DNA of 64,000 nt from Basidiobolus meristosporus CBS 931.73 (Eukaryota; Fungi; Basidiobolomycota): contig MCFE01000214.1 in NCBI GenBank assembly GCA_002104905.1, forward strand, positions 63,081 through 127,080. Direction: 5' to 3'. Below are positions 63,601 to 64,000 of this stretch, in pieces; within the stretch, counting starts at the first letter, position 1; the number at the start of each line of letters is the position of its first letter. The position numbers and the translations under genes were made by a program. Under the pieces are notes generated by a model. That model searched no databases. It saw only the letters and a list, made by a program, of their open reading frames with translations, and was not told the DNA's origin.

Positions 63601-64000
63601 TTTCCATATATGCAGGCTTCACAGTGCTCCAAACTAGCTTGGGGATCAATTTTCACTCCAGAAATTAGCTGATCTTTGATCATTTTGCGCAAATAATCAA
63701 AATTGATGTGTCCAAATCTCCTGTGCCAAAGCATTGGTGTTTCTTCATATAAGTTACTTATATTGGCTTCCAAATATGATAGAATATAAGTCAAACTTGT
63801 ATAGATTCTGATCTCTGATGCCCAAAGCAATATGGGCACCATTTTGATCAGTGATCCAGCATCCAGAATTGTCAAAACTGAAGCTGAGTCCTTCTGCTGT
63901 GGCCTTGCTTACAGAGAGTAGGTTCTTGGCTATTTCTGGTACATAAAGTACTTCTTTAGAGGTCAGTGTATGGCTTCCTTCACTGCTTCTAAGGTTTACT
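60666..64000 (-). mobile_element. Third Copia-A copy nested in the host gag, running off the window
   Basis: 3' LTR at 60666-61015, PPT reverse complement ctcccact, then fragmented RNase H, RT and integrase ORFs to the window end. Confidence 0.92.

Noticed and set aside
1-64000. Repeat-induced point mutation (RIP) as the decay process
   Set aside because: Copy-to-copy changes I could trace are concentrated at CpG, not CpA, and CpA/TpG remain abundant. A formal spectrum was not computed.

Overview
Eukaryotic, AT-rich, strongly CpG-depleted DNA made almost entirely of nested transposable elements. I found no intact host gene, rRNA, tRNA gene or CRISPR array. An early-diverging fungal host is my guess from the element types, but the sequence does not prove it. 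Contents: (1) A two-gene PHIS (PIF/Harbinger-type, DDE_Tnp_4) DNA transposon, complete at 359-3791 with TIR AGACTTGTTCC and a 3-bp TSD, and rearranged and truncated at 23138-25491. A family of 732-bp fold-back MITEs carries the same TIR. (2) A Ty1/Copia family A with a half-tRNAiMet PBS: one near-intact young copy at 16316-20999 and a self-nested stack of three copies at 53890-64000. (3) A Ty3/Gypsy nested in an older Gypsy, which also holds a Copia family B composite showing a nested insertion, an inversion and a deletion (28140-42859). (4) An interrupted piggyBac-like element, CACTA-like relics, about 1.07-kb solo LTRs of a further family (Y), several unclassified decayed repeats and a TAAAGGGG G-rich array. 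The best candidate for an undescribed system is the PHIS element with its MITEs. Its transposase ORF has about 915 bp without a single CpG, while the divergent partner gene holds a dense CpG island with tandem TCAACGCG motifs, and its non-autonomous partner is a giant hairpin. All coordinates, counts and identities were read by eye and need computational confirmation.
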